A DNA stretch of 64,000 nucleotides from Lama glama (Eukaryota). The number at the start of each line of letters is the position of its first letter. Within the stretch, counting starts at the first letter, position 1. The DNA lies in contig CM052816.1 of NCBI GenBank assembly GCA_028534125.1, positions 15,068,001 to 15,132,000 on the forward strand, read 5' to 3'. This document shows positions 26,137 through 39,310 of the stretch, piece after piece. Made by a program: the position numbers and the translations under genes. The notes beneath the pieces are model-generated. The model was not told the origin of the DNA and did not search any database. It saw nothing but the letters and a program-made list of their open reading frames with translations.

Positions 26137-29100
26137 GGCCGTCTTCATTTTAAATAGTAAAAGCACCAGAATTATTCCCATGGAAAATTATGACCATAAT
26201 AGGACACTTCATGTCATGGCTATTTTCAGTACTGCCTCTGATACTCTAGACAACACAAGATAAAGAAGTGTGTGTGTTAGAAAGGAGGATAAAATATATG
26301 TTAGATGTTAGATAAATATATGTTAAATTTATGGGTAATATAATTGTCTACTCATAATTCCCACGGAATTAAAGAAAAAATAATTAGAACTAACAAAGAG
26401 AGCAATGAGATTAGTTTAAATTTAAAAAGCACAGCTTTCCTACATTCCTGCAAAAACAACTAGACGAAAAGTGAGATTTCTATCAATTATGGATAAATGA
26501 AAATGGACATTATAATGTTTCTTCTCCTCCATGAAACCTACCAAAAACAACAACAGAACAGCAAACAAAAAAAAAAGTTCCATCTTTGATGAAACTCTTT
26601 AAAATGTCTGAACGTCAACCATAGTATATATGGAGAGAAGTTACCAAGTGCCATGAAAATTGGGCCAAAATGTGAGAAAAAGCTGAGAGAGGATTCCTGC
26701 CACTGAAGACCTGGGGAAGAGCTGGTAGCCTGGAGTTTTCCACAGTAGTGCTTCACACTGAAATATAAAGGTATTGATCCCTTGTTTGGGACAAAACCAT
26801 CTAGGTACATAGTGAATCAGGCAGGACTCTCCCATAATCCTGTTTGTCAGCACAAAATAGGTGAGAAAGCAGGACTGAATGTGACCGTGAGCAGAGGTAT
26901 CATTATTTCAAGAGTGAACATAAGGATATGGTAAGGTTAAGAGAAAACTCTGGATGACAGATTGCTTTCCAGCTGCCAGTTCTCACTAGTTGGAGATACG
27001 TAAAAGCTAAGGTACACACGAACCACTCTAACAAATGATAAATAAGGAAATGTTCACATTGGTTCAGAGCACAGCTGGCCCATCCATTGACAGGCTCCAC
27101 CTGCAGGTAGCTGGTCCTAAATGAACGCGTCTCAAAAGATAAAGAGTAATAGAAAAAGAGCCAAAATCGAATCAACACAAACATAACAAGAAAGAAGAAA
27201 ATAAATATGAAAAATAACAGATAAGAATACGCACCTGGAAATTTTTACTACCAAGCAGAAAAAAATGTTTTGACTAGAGGCCTCTAGTCAAGAGTCACAA
27301 AGCAATCTTAAAGGGTCTCAGAGAATTAAGAACTCAAAACAGAGATACAGAACTCCAAGGAGAAAATGAAAAGGCCACAAGAGACCATGAAAACTGAGGT
27401 GATGCAATTCAAGAAATAAATGGGAGAGAAATATAAAATCATAAATAACAGAATATAGTAACAGATATTAAAGCCATATTAGAAAAAGCTGAACAGGCTC
27501 TGCTTGGTACACAGTCGAGATCAAGAAGCACTTGAGAAGGCTGAGAAAAATCAATGCAAAGAACAAAGAATTTAAAAGAATTCAAGGGGAAAGTATGGCT
27601 TTAAAACACAGGAAAAGGAGGTCTAACATAATCCTAATAGATGTCCTTAAAGAAACCAAATACAAGGAAAAGAAAAAAAATCCAAAGACACCATTTAAGA
27701 AAAATACTTGAGATAAAAGTAAACTTCAGACTTCAACTTTCAGCAACATAAAGTCTAGCTTGTCTTTAGCTGGTGGAGTACTGAAGGCAGCAGGCAGGTA
27801 GTAGAAGCAGTTTTCTCTGATTCAGAAAGAGGGGGATGCTTTATCTATCAGGATTTTTTAAAATTAGTATGATATACACTCAGAATTCCAGTTTCAGCTT
27901 CAACGTGTAAAGAGCTTAGAACTTGTCACTCCTTTCCTTGTAATAACAAGTTGGATACATGACTTTTCCTGAACCCGTAAGAGAACTGAGATTACAGGAA
28001 AACCCCCGGAGAGACAAGAAAATCCAGAGAGTCACAGCCAAGCTTTGCTTACATGGAGCAGAAGCCACTAGAGCCAGAGACTGGTAGGAAACACATCAAT
28101 GGAAATTTTGACAAATAGCTGGAGGCTGAGTTGTTGACTCTCTTAAGAGTGAGAAACTCCTGGAGGTCACAGTCATGAGCCCTGTCCTCCCCTCCACGCA
28201 CCCCACTTTAACAGGCTTTACTTTCAGGAATCTCACAAGGTTCTCACAGTGAATATCCAAGAAAGATCCCCTTGTGACTCAAGCAGAAAGAAAGATATGT
28301 ATGTATTATATATAATATATATATATATATATTATATATATACATAAAACAATAATAAAACAAAAATGGAGAAAGGAAAAGAAATACATATGGGTAATAT
28401 CTTTATATCACAATAGAATTAAGTTAACATAAACCTGAAGGATACTGGTAAGTTAAAAAAGTATATAGTCAACTCTAGAGAAACCACTGAGAAAATAACT
28501 CAAAAATACAGTTTAAAACTCATTAAAGGAATTAAATTGTTATATTTGAAAATATTCACTCAATAAAAAGAAATCAGTAAAGGAGGAATGTCAAAACAAA
28601 AGACAATTAAGACATAAAGAATACAAAAGGTAAAATGGTAAACATGAATCCAACTATATAAATAATAATATTAAATGTTAATGGATTAAGCAATCCAATC
28701 AAAAGGCAGAATTATCACACTAGATTTAAAAATAACAAGATCCAACTATACATTGTCTACAGCAGACACCTTTAGATTCAGAGATACAAATAGGTTGAAA
28801 ATAAAAGAACAGAAAGACATGTATTGTGAAAATAGCAACCATAAGAGAGCTGGAGTGGCTATACTGATATCAGCCAAAATATTGCTAGAAATAAAGAGGG
28901 ACATTTTAATAACATAAGGGTCCATGAGAAGGGTATAAAATTATAAGCATATAGGCAGCTAACAACAGAGCCCCAAAATACATGAAGCAAAAACTGACAG
29001 AAATGAAAGGAGAAATAGACAATTCAACATGAACAGCTGGAGATTTTAATACCCTACTTCCAGTAATGCATAACAACTAGGCAGAAGATCAATAAGGAAA

Positions 29101-29521
29101 TGGAAGACTTTAAAAACACTATGAACTACCTACATCTAAAAGACTTCTACAGAAATGCAGAGCAGAATATATTTTCTCAATTGCACATGGGACACTCTCC
29201 ATGATAGACCACATGCTAAATACTACACAGATTACCATGCACCAGTTATCAGTCCCAAGGGAGGACTCTATAAACACTTCTGCCCATTGCATTTTGGCAT
29301 TGCAGTTGCCAAGAAGAACACAATGCAATCAAGCACTGAATATAGCAACACTTTACTTATAGAGAAGAGACACAGCAAGATCAGCTTCAGTAGTGGGTAT
29401 CAGTACCTTATGGTCAGCGAGTCTCTCCAAGAGGCCACTGCAGAGCAATCTGCCTACATGCACCCCTCTTGTGCCACAGTAGGAAGACTTTCTCCCTTCC
29501 CCATTAAGAACAAAAATAACA

Positions 29522-30113
29522 CATACCAACATGCATAGCAGCACTATTTGCAATAGTCAAGACATGGAAGCAACTATTTACAATAGCCAAGCATGGAAGC
29601 ATTTGTTGATGTGCTCATCACAAATGAATGGATAAAGAAGATGGGGGTGGAATATTACTCAGCTGTAAAAAAGAATGAACGAAATATTACTATTTGCAGT
29701 AACATGGATAGACCTAGAGAGTATCATACTAAGTGAAGTAATTCAGACAGAGAAAGACAAATATTATATCATTTATATATGGAATCTAAAAAATAACACA
29801 AATTAATCTATTTATAAAACAGAAACCGACTCACAGACACAGAAAACAAACCGATGATTACCAAAGAAGAAAAGGGGAGGGAGAGGTAAACTGGATTAAC
29901 AGATACACACTACTATATATAAAATGGATAAGCAATAATGATTTACTGTATAACACAGGGAATAATATTTAATATTATGTAGTAACCTATAATGGAAAAT
30001 GATCTGAAAAAATTTATATATATGTATGTATAACTGAATCACTTTGCTGTACACCTGAAACTGACACAATATTTTAAATCAATTATACTTCAAAAAAGTA
30101 GAATAAAATAAAA
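29522..30113 (+). mobile_element. 5'-truncated L1 3' end inside the LTR
   Basis: L1 3' end with TSD aagaacaaaaataaca (29506-29521) / aagaacaaatataaca (30114-30129). Confidence 0.85.
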
Positions 30114-30302
30114 AAGAACAAATATAACAATGGAGTTGGGCAGGTACCACAAGGTGTGCATGCTCCAAGCAGAGATAATAGAGCATTTATTGAGACTGAA
30201 ACAGGGAAATGTATTCCCACACAAGGTGGTAAGCCCAGCACAGGCTGTGTGGGCCCTTCATCTCTTGATAAGGAATTGGTTGAAGCCCAAGACCCATTTT
30301 TA

Positions 30303-31225
30303 GGTATAATTTACTTTTATAAATTCACTTATTTAAATAAACAATTCATTATTTTAAAAAATATATACAGAATGTGTAGCCATAACAATCCCACTTTAAA
30401 ACAATTTCATTATTGCACAAAGACTTCTCAAACTTTACTCTACTGACTACATTTGACAGTCAATGCTGCCTTCTTCTTTTTCAAAGTTACAGGTATACAC
30501 CATAATGATTCACAATTTTTAAAGGTTTTTAAAGGTTATACTCTATTTACAGTTACTGTAAGGTATTGGCTATATTCCCTGTGTTGTACGATATACCCTT
30601 GTAGCTTATTTATTTTACACACAATAGTTTGTACCTCTACCCCTATCTTATTGTAATTGTATCCTCTACACCTATCTTATTCCTCCTTACTTTCCTCTCC
30701 CCACTGTTAACCACTACTTTGTCCTCTATATCTGTGAATCTGTTTCCTTTTTGTTATATTCATTATTTTATTTTTTTAGATTCCACATATAAGCCATATC
30801 ATACAGTATTTGTCCTTCTTGTCTGACTTAACCTGACTTAGAATAATACCCTACAAGTCCATCCTTATTGTTGAAAATGGCAAATATTCATTCTTTTTAT
30901 GGCTGAGTAGTATTCCATTGTGTGTGTGTCTGTGTGTGTGTGTGTGTGATATATGTATCACACATCTCCTTTATCCATTCATCTGTTGATGGACACTTAG
31001 GTTGCTTCCATATCTTGGCAATTGTAAATAATATGTTGCTATGAACATTGGGGAGCATGTATCTTGTTGAATTACTATTTTCAATTTTAAAATATATACC
31101 CAGGAGTAAAATTGCTGGGTCATATGGTAGTTCTACTTTTAGTTTTATGAGAAATTGCCATACTGTTTTCCACAGTGACTGCACAAATTTACATTCCAAC
31201 CAACAGTGTATGAGGGTTCCCTTTC
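30303..31225 (-). mobile_element. 5'-truncated L1 3' end (minus strand) inside the LTR
   Basis: Minus-strand translation [17 protein letters not shown]...KIWKQPKCPSTDEWIK. TSD caagacccattttta (30288-30302) / caagatccattctta (31226-31240). Confidence 0.85.
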
Positions 31226-32403
31226 CAAGATCCATTCTTACGTGGCTGAGTGACGGTTGAAATACTGTGCACATGAGATTGCCCTTCTCAACACTAAGCC
31301 ATAAAATAAATGCCCATAAGTTTAAAAGGATTCATACTATACAACATATGTTCTTTGACCACAATGGAATGAAATTAGAAATCAGTAACAAAAGGAAATT
31401 TGGGGAATTCACAAACTGTGGAAATTTAATAACATATGCTTAAACAATCAATGGATCAAAGAAGAAAGAACAAGGAAAATTAGAAAATACTCTAGGATGA
31501 ATAAAAATCGAAACACAACATATGAAAACTTATGGGATGCAACTAAAACAGTGCCTAGAGGAAAACATATAACTGTAAATGTTGACATTTAAAAAGAAGA
31601 AATAGCTCAAATCAATAACCTAAACTTCCACTTTAAGACACTGGACAAATAAAAGTAAACCAACCTAAGGCAAGCAGAAGAAAGAAAATAATTAGAATTA
31701 GAGCAGAAATAAATGAAATAAAGAATATAAAAACAATAATGAGTAAGACAATAAAGCCAAAAGTTGGTTCTTTGAAAAGATCAACAAAACTGACAAATCT
31801 TTACCTAGATTGACCAGGAGAAAAAACCAGAAGACTGAAATTACTTAAAACCAGAAATGAAAAAGGAGGCAGTACAATTGATCATACAGAAAAAAAGAAA
31901 GATTATAAAAGAATACCATGAACAACTGTATGCCAATAAATTAGTAGCCTAGGTGAAACAGACAAATTCCTGAAACACACAAATACCAAAACTGAGTCAG
32001 GAAGAAATAGAAAATCTGAATGGACCTATAGAAAGTAAAGAGACTGAATTAGTAATGATAGAATTACATACAAAAACAAACAAACAAGCAGAACCAAAAG
32101 GCACCATGAATGAATTCTACCAAATATTTGCATAAGTATTAATAGCAGTTATTTACAAACTCTTCCAAAGAGTAGAAGAGGAGTGAACATGTCCTACCCT
32201 GATACCAAAACCAAAAGCATCACAAGAAAACTAAAGACCAATATCTCTCATGAATACAAAGAGGGAAATTCTCAACAAAATACTAGGAAACTATATTCAG
32301 CAAAATGTAAAAGAAATTATTCACCATCACCAAGTGAGGGTAGTATTCCCAGGAACACAAGGTTGACTTAACATCTGGAAATCAATAAATGTAATACACT
32401 GTA

Positions 32404-32780
32404 TGTATTAGTTTCCTGGGGCTGCCATAACAAAGTACCACATACTAGGTGTCTTAAAAAATAGAAGTTTATATTCTTATAATTCTGAAGGCTAGAATTC
32501 CAAGATCAATATGTTAGCAGGGTTAGTTTTTCTGAGACCTCTATCCTTGGCTTATAAATGTCCATCGTCTTCACATGGTCTTCCCTGTGTGTATGTTGAT
32601 GTTCTAATTTTCTCTTCTTATAAGGACATCAGTCATTGCACTGGGGTCCACCCTAAATGACTTCATTTTAACTTAATTACCTCTTAAAGGCTCTATCTCC
32701 AAATATAATCACATTCTGAGGTCCTGGAGGTTAGAATGTCAACAGATGGGTTTGGGTAGGACATAATTCAGCCCATAATA
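32404..32780 (-). mobile_element. MaLR solo LTR (MLT1A-like)
   Basis: tgtattagtttcctggggctgccataacaaagtaccac ... gacataattcagcccata termini, typical of MLT1. Confidence 0.8.
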
Positions 32781-33582
32781 TCACATCAACTGATTAAAAT
32801 ACAAAACCACATGATCATCTCAATAGATGCAGAAAAATTATTTGACAAAATCCAACACCATTTCATAATAAAAATCAACAAATTAGGAACAGAAGGAAAT
32901 TACCTCCTCCTGATAGGTATATACATGAAATAAAAAATGGAAAACAGCAGAGAAAGACAATGAAGCCACAGTTGATTCTTTGAAAAGATCAACATGATTG
33001 ACAAAACTTTAGCTAGACTGACCAACAGAAAAAGCCAGAAGACTAAAATTACTAAAGCTAGAAATAAGAGAAAGGACACTACTACTGACCTACTGACAGA
33101 TATTAGAGTTACAGGTGAAAAATTATGCTTTTTCTAAGATCAGAAACAAGTCAGGGACATCTTTCACCACTCCTATTCAACATTGCACTGGTGGTTCTCA
33201 CCAGGGCAATTGGGCAAGAATCTGAAATTAAAAACATTCAGATGGAAAGGAAAATTAAGACTATCTCTGTTTACAGATCACATAGCTTTGTATATAAAGA
33301 ATCCACTAATAACTACAAAACTAATAAAAGGCATCAGCAAGGTTATAGGATAAGAAATTAATATACAAAAATCAATCATTTTATTTTATACACAAACCAA
33401 AGTAAAAACAAACCAGAAAAATGAAATAAGAAAACAATTCCATTTGCAATAGGATTGAAAAGATGAAAATATTAAGGAAAAATTTAACAAAAGAAATATA
33501 AAATGCAAATATAAAATATAAAATGAGGTCTCTGAAGACCTCAAAATATTGTTGAAAGGAATAAAGATCTAAGATCTAAATA

Positions 33583-36500
33583 GAGATCTTGTCAAGATGG
33601 CAGGGTAGAAGGACTGTGAGCTCATGTCCTCTCACAAACACAACAAAATCACAACTGATTGCTGAACAACCATCAATTAAAAAAAAAGACTGGAACCTAC
33701 AAAAAAAAAAAAGACTTTCTACAACTAGAGACATAAAGAGGGAACCACAGCAGGACAGTATGAGGGGCACGCTCGCAATATAATCGGGTCCCATATTCCT
33801 CAGGGAGCTGACCTACAAGCTGAAGAATAATTATCCTGCAGAAGCCCTCCCACAGGAGTGAGAGTACTGACCCCAGGTCAGGCTCCCCAGCCTGGGGGCC
33901 TGGCATCAGGAGGAAAAGCCCCCAGAGCATTTAGCTTTGAAGGCCAACAGGGCTTAACAGCAGGAACTCCACAGGACTGGGGGAAACAGACTTCACTCTT
34001 AAGAAGCACACTCAGAATCTCACATATACCAGGACCAAGGGCAGAAGTACTGATTTCATAGGAGACTGACTGGGCCTGAGCTGCCTGCTGGTCTTGGAGG
34101 TGGGGGGTGGCTGTGGCTCACCCTAGAGATGTAAAAGCTGTTGGCAGACATATCATGAAGTGTTCATCTGCCTGAACTCTCCTTCCTGGAGGCAGACATC
34201 TTGCTGTCTTGCTTGGGTCATTAGCACCAAGAACAGTCCCCACCCAACAGCCTGTAGGTTCCAGTGCTGGGATGCCTCCGGCTAAACAACTAACTGGGTG
34301 GGAACACAGAACCATTCAGCAGACAGCCTGTAAAGACTTCCTAAGCCCACAGCCACCTCTAGACACACCTCTTGACATGGCCCTCCCACCAGATGGCCAG
34401 GACACATCTCCATCCACCAGTGGGAAGGCAACAGCCCCTCCCGCCAGGAAGCCTGCACAAGCCTCTAGATCAGCCTCACCCACCAGCAGGCAGACACCAG
34501 AAGCAAGAAAAGAATAACCCCACAGCCTTTGGAACTAGTCCACAAACACAGGCCAGACTCTACCCTGGGACCAGCTGGCCCATGGCCCTTGGGTGATAAG
34601 AGGGGAGTGCACTGCTAGGATGCATGGGACATCACCTACAGAGGGCCACTTGGGAAATGTAACTAACCTACCACATACATAAAAATACAAATAGAAATTT
34701 AGAGAAAATGAGGTGGTAGAGGAATATGTTCCAGACAAGGAACAAGATGAAACCCCAGAAAAAGAACTAAGTGATGTGGAGATAGGCAATCTACCTGAGA
34801 AGGAGTTCAGAATAATAATCATGAAAATGATCAGAGAACTTCGGAGGAGAATAGATGCATAGAGCAAGAAGTTAGTTTTTAACAAAGAATTAGAAAACAT
34901 AGGGGGAAGATATAGCTCAGTGGTAAAGTCTGTGCTTACCATGCAAGAGGTCCTAGGTTCAATTCCTAGTACCTCCATCTAAAATAATAATAATAATAAT
35001 AATAATTTATACATAAAAATTAAAATAAATCTAATTACCTCCCCCAATTTTTTTAATTTTTAATTTTTAATTAAAATTTTCAAAGAATTAGAAAAATATA
35101 AATAATAACCAGAGTTGAAGAATACAATAACTGAAATGAAAAATACATTAGAAAGGACAAATAATAGACTAAATGAGGCAGAAGAACAAATCAGTGAGCC
35201 AGAAGACAGAGTAGTGGAAATCACTACTGCAGAACAGAAAAAAGAAGAAAGAATGAAAATAAGGACAGTTTGAGAGACTCCTGGGACAACATCAAGCGCT
35301 CTAATATTAGCATTATAGGGGTCCTAGAAGGAGAAGAGAGAGAAAGGGCCTGAGAAAATATATGAATACATAGTGCTGAAAACTTCCCTAACTTGGGAAA
35401 AGAAACAGTCACCCAAGTCCAGGAAGTGCAGAGAGTCCCATAAGAGAAACACACCTAGACATATTGTAATTAAAATAACAAAAATTAAAGACAAACAGAG
35501 AATATTAAAAGCAACAAGGGAAAAGCAACAAATAACATACGAAGGAACTCTCATAAGACTATAAGCTGATTTTTCAGCAGAAACTCTGAGGCTAGAAGGG
35601 AGCGGCATGATATATTTAAAGAGATGAAAGGGGAAAAACCTACAACCAAGAATACTCTAACCAGCAAGGCCCTCACTCAGATTTGATGGAGAAATCAAAA
35701 GCTTTACAGACAAGCAAATGATAAAAAAAAATTCAGCACCACCAAGCCAGCTTTATAACACATGCTAAAGGAACTTCTCTGGGCAGAAAAGAAAAGGCCA
35801 CAACTGAAAACAGGAAAACTACAAAATGGGAAAGCTCACAGGTAAAGGCAAACATACAGTAAAGACAGGAAATCAGCCACACACAAAGCAGGATAAAGGT
35901 TAAAGGACAAAAGTAGTAAAATCATCTGTAGCCACATAAGCAGTTAAGGGATACACGAAACACTTAAATGCAAAATATGATATCAATAATAGTAACCCTG
36001 AGAGGAGGAGAGTACCAATGCAGGGTACTTTAAATGCACATGAAATTAAGATCAGCGACTTAAAGCAAGCATGTATATGTACAGACTGCTATACCAAAAC
36101 TTCATGATAACTGCACACCCAAAATCTATAATAGATACAAACACACACACAAAAAAGGGAATCCAAATACAACACTAATGATAGTCATCAAATCACAAGA
36201 GAAGAGAATAAAAGAGGGGGGGAAAGACCTACAAAAACAAATCTAAAACAATTAACAAAATGGTAATAAGAACAAACATATCAATAATTACCTTAAATGT
36301 AAATGGACTAAATGTTCTAACCAATAGATATAGACTGGCTGGATGAAAAAACAAGAGCCATATATTTGCTGCCTACAAGAGACTCACTTCAGAGCTAGAG
36401 ACACATACAGACTGAAAGTGAAGGGATGCAAAAAGTTATTTAACACAAATGGAAATCAAAAAAAAGCTGGGGTAGCAATACTTACATCAGACAAAATAGA

Positions 36501-39310
36501 CTTTAAGATAGAGACTGTTATAAGAGACAAAGAAGGAGACTACATAATGATCAAGTGAGCAATCCAAAAGAGACTATTATGAACACCTATATGCAATAAA
36601 ATGGACAACTAGAAGAAATGGACAAATTCTTAGAACGTACAATCTCCCAAGACTGAACCAAGAATTAGTAGAAAATATAAACAGACTATTTACCAGTAAT
36701 GAAATTAAATCAGTAATTTTTAAAACTTCCAATAAACAAAAGTCCAGGACCAGATGGCTTTATAGGGAATTCTACCAAGCATTTAGAGAAGAGTTAACAC
36801 CTATCTTTCTGAAGCTATGCTCCAAAAATGGCAGAGGAAGAAACACTTCTGAACTCATTCTGTCAGGCCACTATCACCCTGATAACAAAACTAGACACAG
36901 ATTTCACAAAAAAGAAAATTACTGGACAATATCACTAATGAAGATAGATGCAAAAATCATCAACAAAATACTAGCAAACTGAATCCAACAATACATTAAA
37001 ATGATCATACGCCATGATCACGTGAGATTTATCCCAGGGATACAAGGATTTTTCAATATCCGCATATTAGTCAGTGTGATACATCACATTAACAAACTGA
37101 AGAATAAAAACCATACTATCTTAACAGATGCAGAAAAAAAGGTTTTGATAAAATTCAACATCCATTTATGATTTTAAAAATTCTCCAGAAAGTGGGCATA
37201 GAAGAAACATACCTCAACATAAAGGCCATATATGACAACATCATATATACACAGCTAACATCATACCCAATGGTGAAAAGCTGAAAGTATTCAAGACAAG
37301 ATGCCCACTCTTACCACTTTGATTCAACATAGTCTTGAAAGTCCTAGCCACAGTAATCAGAGAAGAAAAAGAAATAAGAGGAATCCAACTTGGAAAAAAG
37401 TAGGAAAACCATCACTGTTTGCAGATGACATGATACTATACATGGAAAATCCTGAAACACTACGAGAAAATTACTAGAGCTCATCAGTGAATTTGGTAAA
37501 GTTGCAGGATACAAAATTAACACACACACAAATCTGTTGCATTTCTATACAATAACAATGAAATATATTTTAAATTGAAATTAAGGAAACAGTCCCACTT
37601 ACCATTGCATCAAAAAGAATAAAATATCTAGGAATAAACTTACCTAAGGATGCAAAAGACCTATACTATATAAACTATAAGATGCTGATGAAAGAAACTG
37701 AAGATGACACAGATAGAAAGATATACAGTGTTCTTGGACTGGAAGAATCAATATTGTTAATATGATCATACTACCCAAGGCAGTCTACAGATTCAATGTA
37801 ATCCCTATCAAACTACTAATGGCGTTTTTCACAGAAATAGAACAAAAAATTGTTAAGTTTATATGGCAACACAAAAGACCCTGACTAGCTAAAACAATCT
37901 TGAAAAAGAAGAATGAAGCTGGAGGAATCAGGCTCTCTGACCTCAGACTATATTATAAAGCTACAGTAATCAAAACAGTATAGTAATGGCACAAAAACAG
38001 ACACATAGATCAATGGAACAGGCTAGAAAGCCCAGAAATAAACCTACACACTTAATGGTCAATTAATCTATAACAAAGGAGGTAAGAATATACAATGGAG
38101 AAAAGACAGTCTCTTCAACAAGAGGTGCTGGGAAAACTGGACAGCAACATGTAAAAGTATGAAATTAGAATATTCTCTAATGCCATAAACAAAAATAAAC
38201 TCAAAATGGGTTAAAGACCTAGATGTAAAACTAGATACTATAAAGGTCCTAGAGGAAAACACACTGACATAAATTACAGCAATATTTTTTGTATCTGTCT
38301 TCTAAAGTAATTAAGATAAAAAACAAAAATAAATAAATGGGATCTAATTAAACTTAAAAGATTTTCCAGAGCAAAAGAAAATATAAACAAAACAAAAAGA
38401 CAACTTATACTTATTAGAGATATGCAAATCAAAATTACAGTGAGGTATCACCTCACATTCCACTTTCATCAATGGATAGATCACACAGAAAACCAATAAG
38501 GAAACATTGAACTTGAACTATACTTTATATCAAGTGAACCTGACAAGCATATACAGAACATTCCATCCACGGGCAGCGGAATATACATTCTTCTCAAGCA
38601 CACATGGAACATTCTCCCAGATAGATCATATGTTAGGTCATAGAAGTCTCGGCAAATTTTAAAAGACTGAATATTCCAACCACAATATTATGAAACTAGA
38701 AATCAACAACAGGAGGAAAACTGAAAAACTCATAAACATGCAGAAATTAAATAATGCACTCTTGGAAACCAATGGGTCAAAGACAAAATCAAAGGGAAAT
38801 TCACACATTTCTTGAAAAAAATGAAAATGGAAACACAACATACCAACATGTATGGGTTGCAGCAAAAGAAGTGCTAAGAGGGAGGTTTATAGTGATAAAT
38901 GCCTACATTAAGAAAAATTATCTCACTTATGTGGTATCTAAAATACAAACAAACAAACAAAGATTCAGAGAACAGACTGGTGGCCAGATGCAGGGGGTGG
39001 AGGGTAGGTGAAACTGGTGAAGGTGGTCAAAATATACACTGTCAGTTATGAAATAAGTAAGTCTGGGTAATGTAATGTAAAACATGGTGGCTAGAGTTAA
39101 TAATGCTGTATTATAGACTTAAAAGTTGCTAAAGAGTAGATCTTAAAAGTTCTCTTTACAAGAAAAAAGATTTTGTAACTATGCATGGTGATGTATGTTA
39201 ACTAGACTTAATGTGGTGATCATTTCACAATATATACAAATATTGAATCACTATGTTGTATACCTGAAACCAATATAATGCTGTATGTTAATTACACTTC
39301 AATTTTTTAA
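33583..39310 (+). mobile_element. Near-full-length but dead L1 (5'UTR, ORF1, ORF2 with internal deletion and rearrangement, 3' end)
   Basis: CAAGATGGC-type 5' end at about 33593 and a GC-richer 5'UTR. ORF1 remnants (RNTPRHIVIKITKIKDKQRILKATREK), endonuclease (ICCLQETHF; ORF2 ATG about 36260) and RT region (LFADDMILY near 37415). Many stops. Confidence 0.9.
34902..35080 (+). mobile_element. tRNA-derived SINE (camelid Vic-1-like) inserted into L1 ORF1
   Basis: GGGGGAAGATATAGCTCAGTGGTA (A box), GGTTCAATTCC (B box), (AAT)n, and an AATCTAATTACCTCCCCC tail. TSD caaagaattagaaaa at 34883-34897 and 35081-35095. Confidence 0.88.

Larger units (their letters stand above)
29221..31293 (-). mobile_element. 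Solo LTR (ERVL class, MER70-like, family tentative), split by two younger L1 insertions
   Basis: Non-L1 sequence interrupting L1 EN. The minus strand begins TGTTGAGAAGGGCAATCTCATG. 5-bp TSD ctaaa (29216-29220) / ctaag (31294-31298). Confidence 0.6.
25950..33580 (+). mobile_element. Old L1 block (several fragments) hosting nested LTR and younger L1 insertions
   Basis: L1 5' region near 27885, EN region 28630-29220 resuming at 31295, and ORF2 to about 33575. Boundaries approximate. Confidence 0.75.

Noticed and set aside
34902..34980. tRNA gene
   Set aside because: A and B boxes are present, but it has a SINE tail and TSD and sits inside L1 ORF1, so it is a SINE.
33583..39310. Active L1
   Set aside because: ORF1 is interrupted by a SINE, and ORF2 has deletions, frameshifts and stops.
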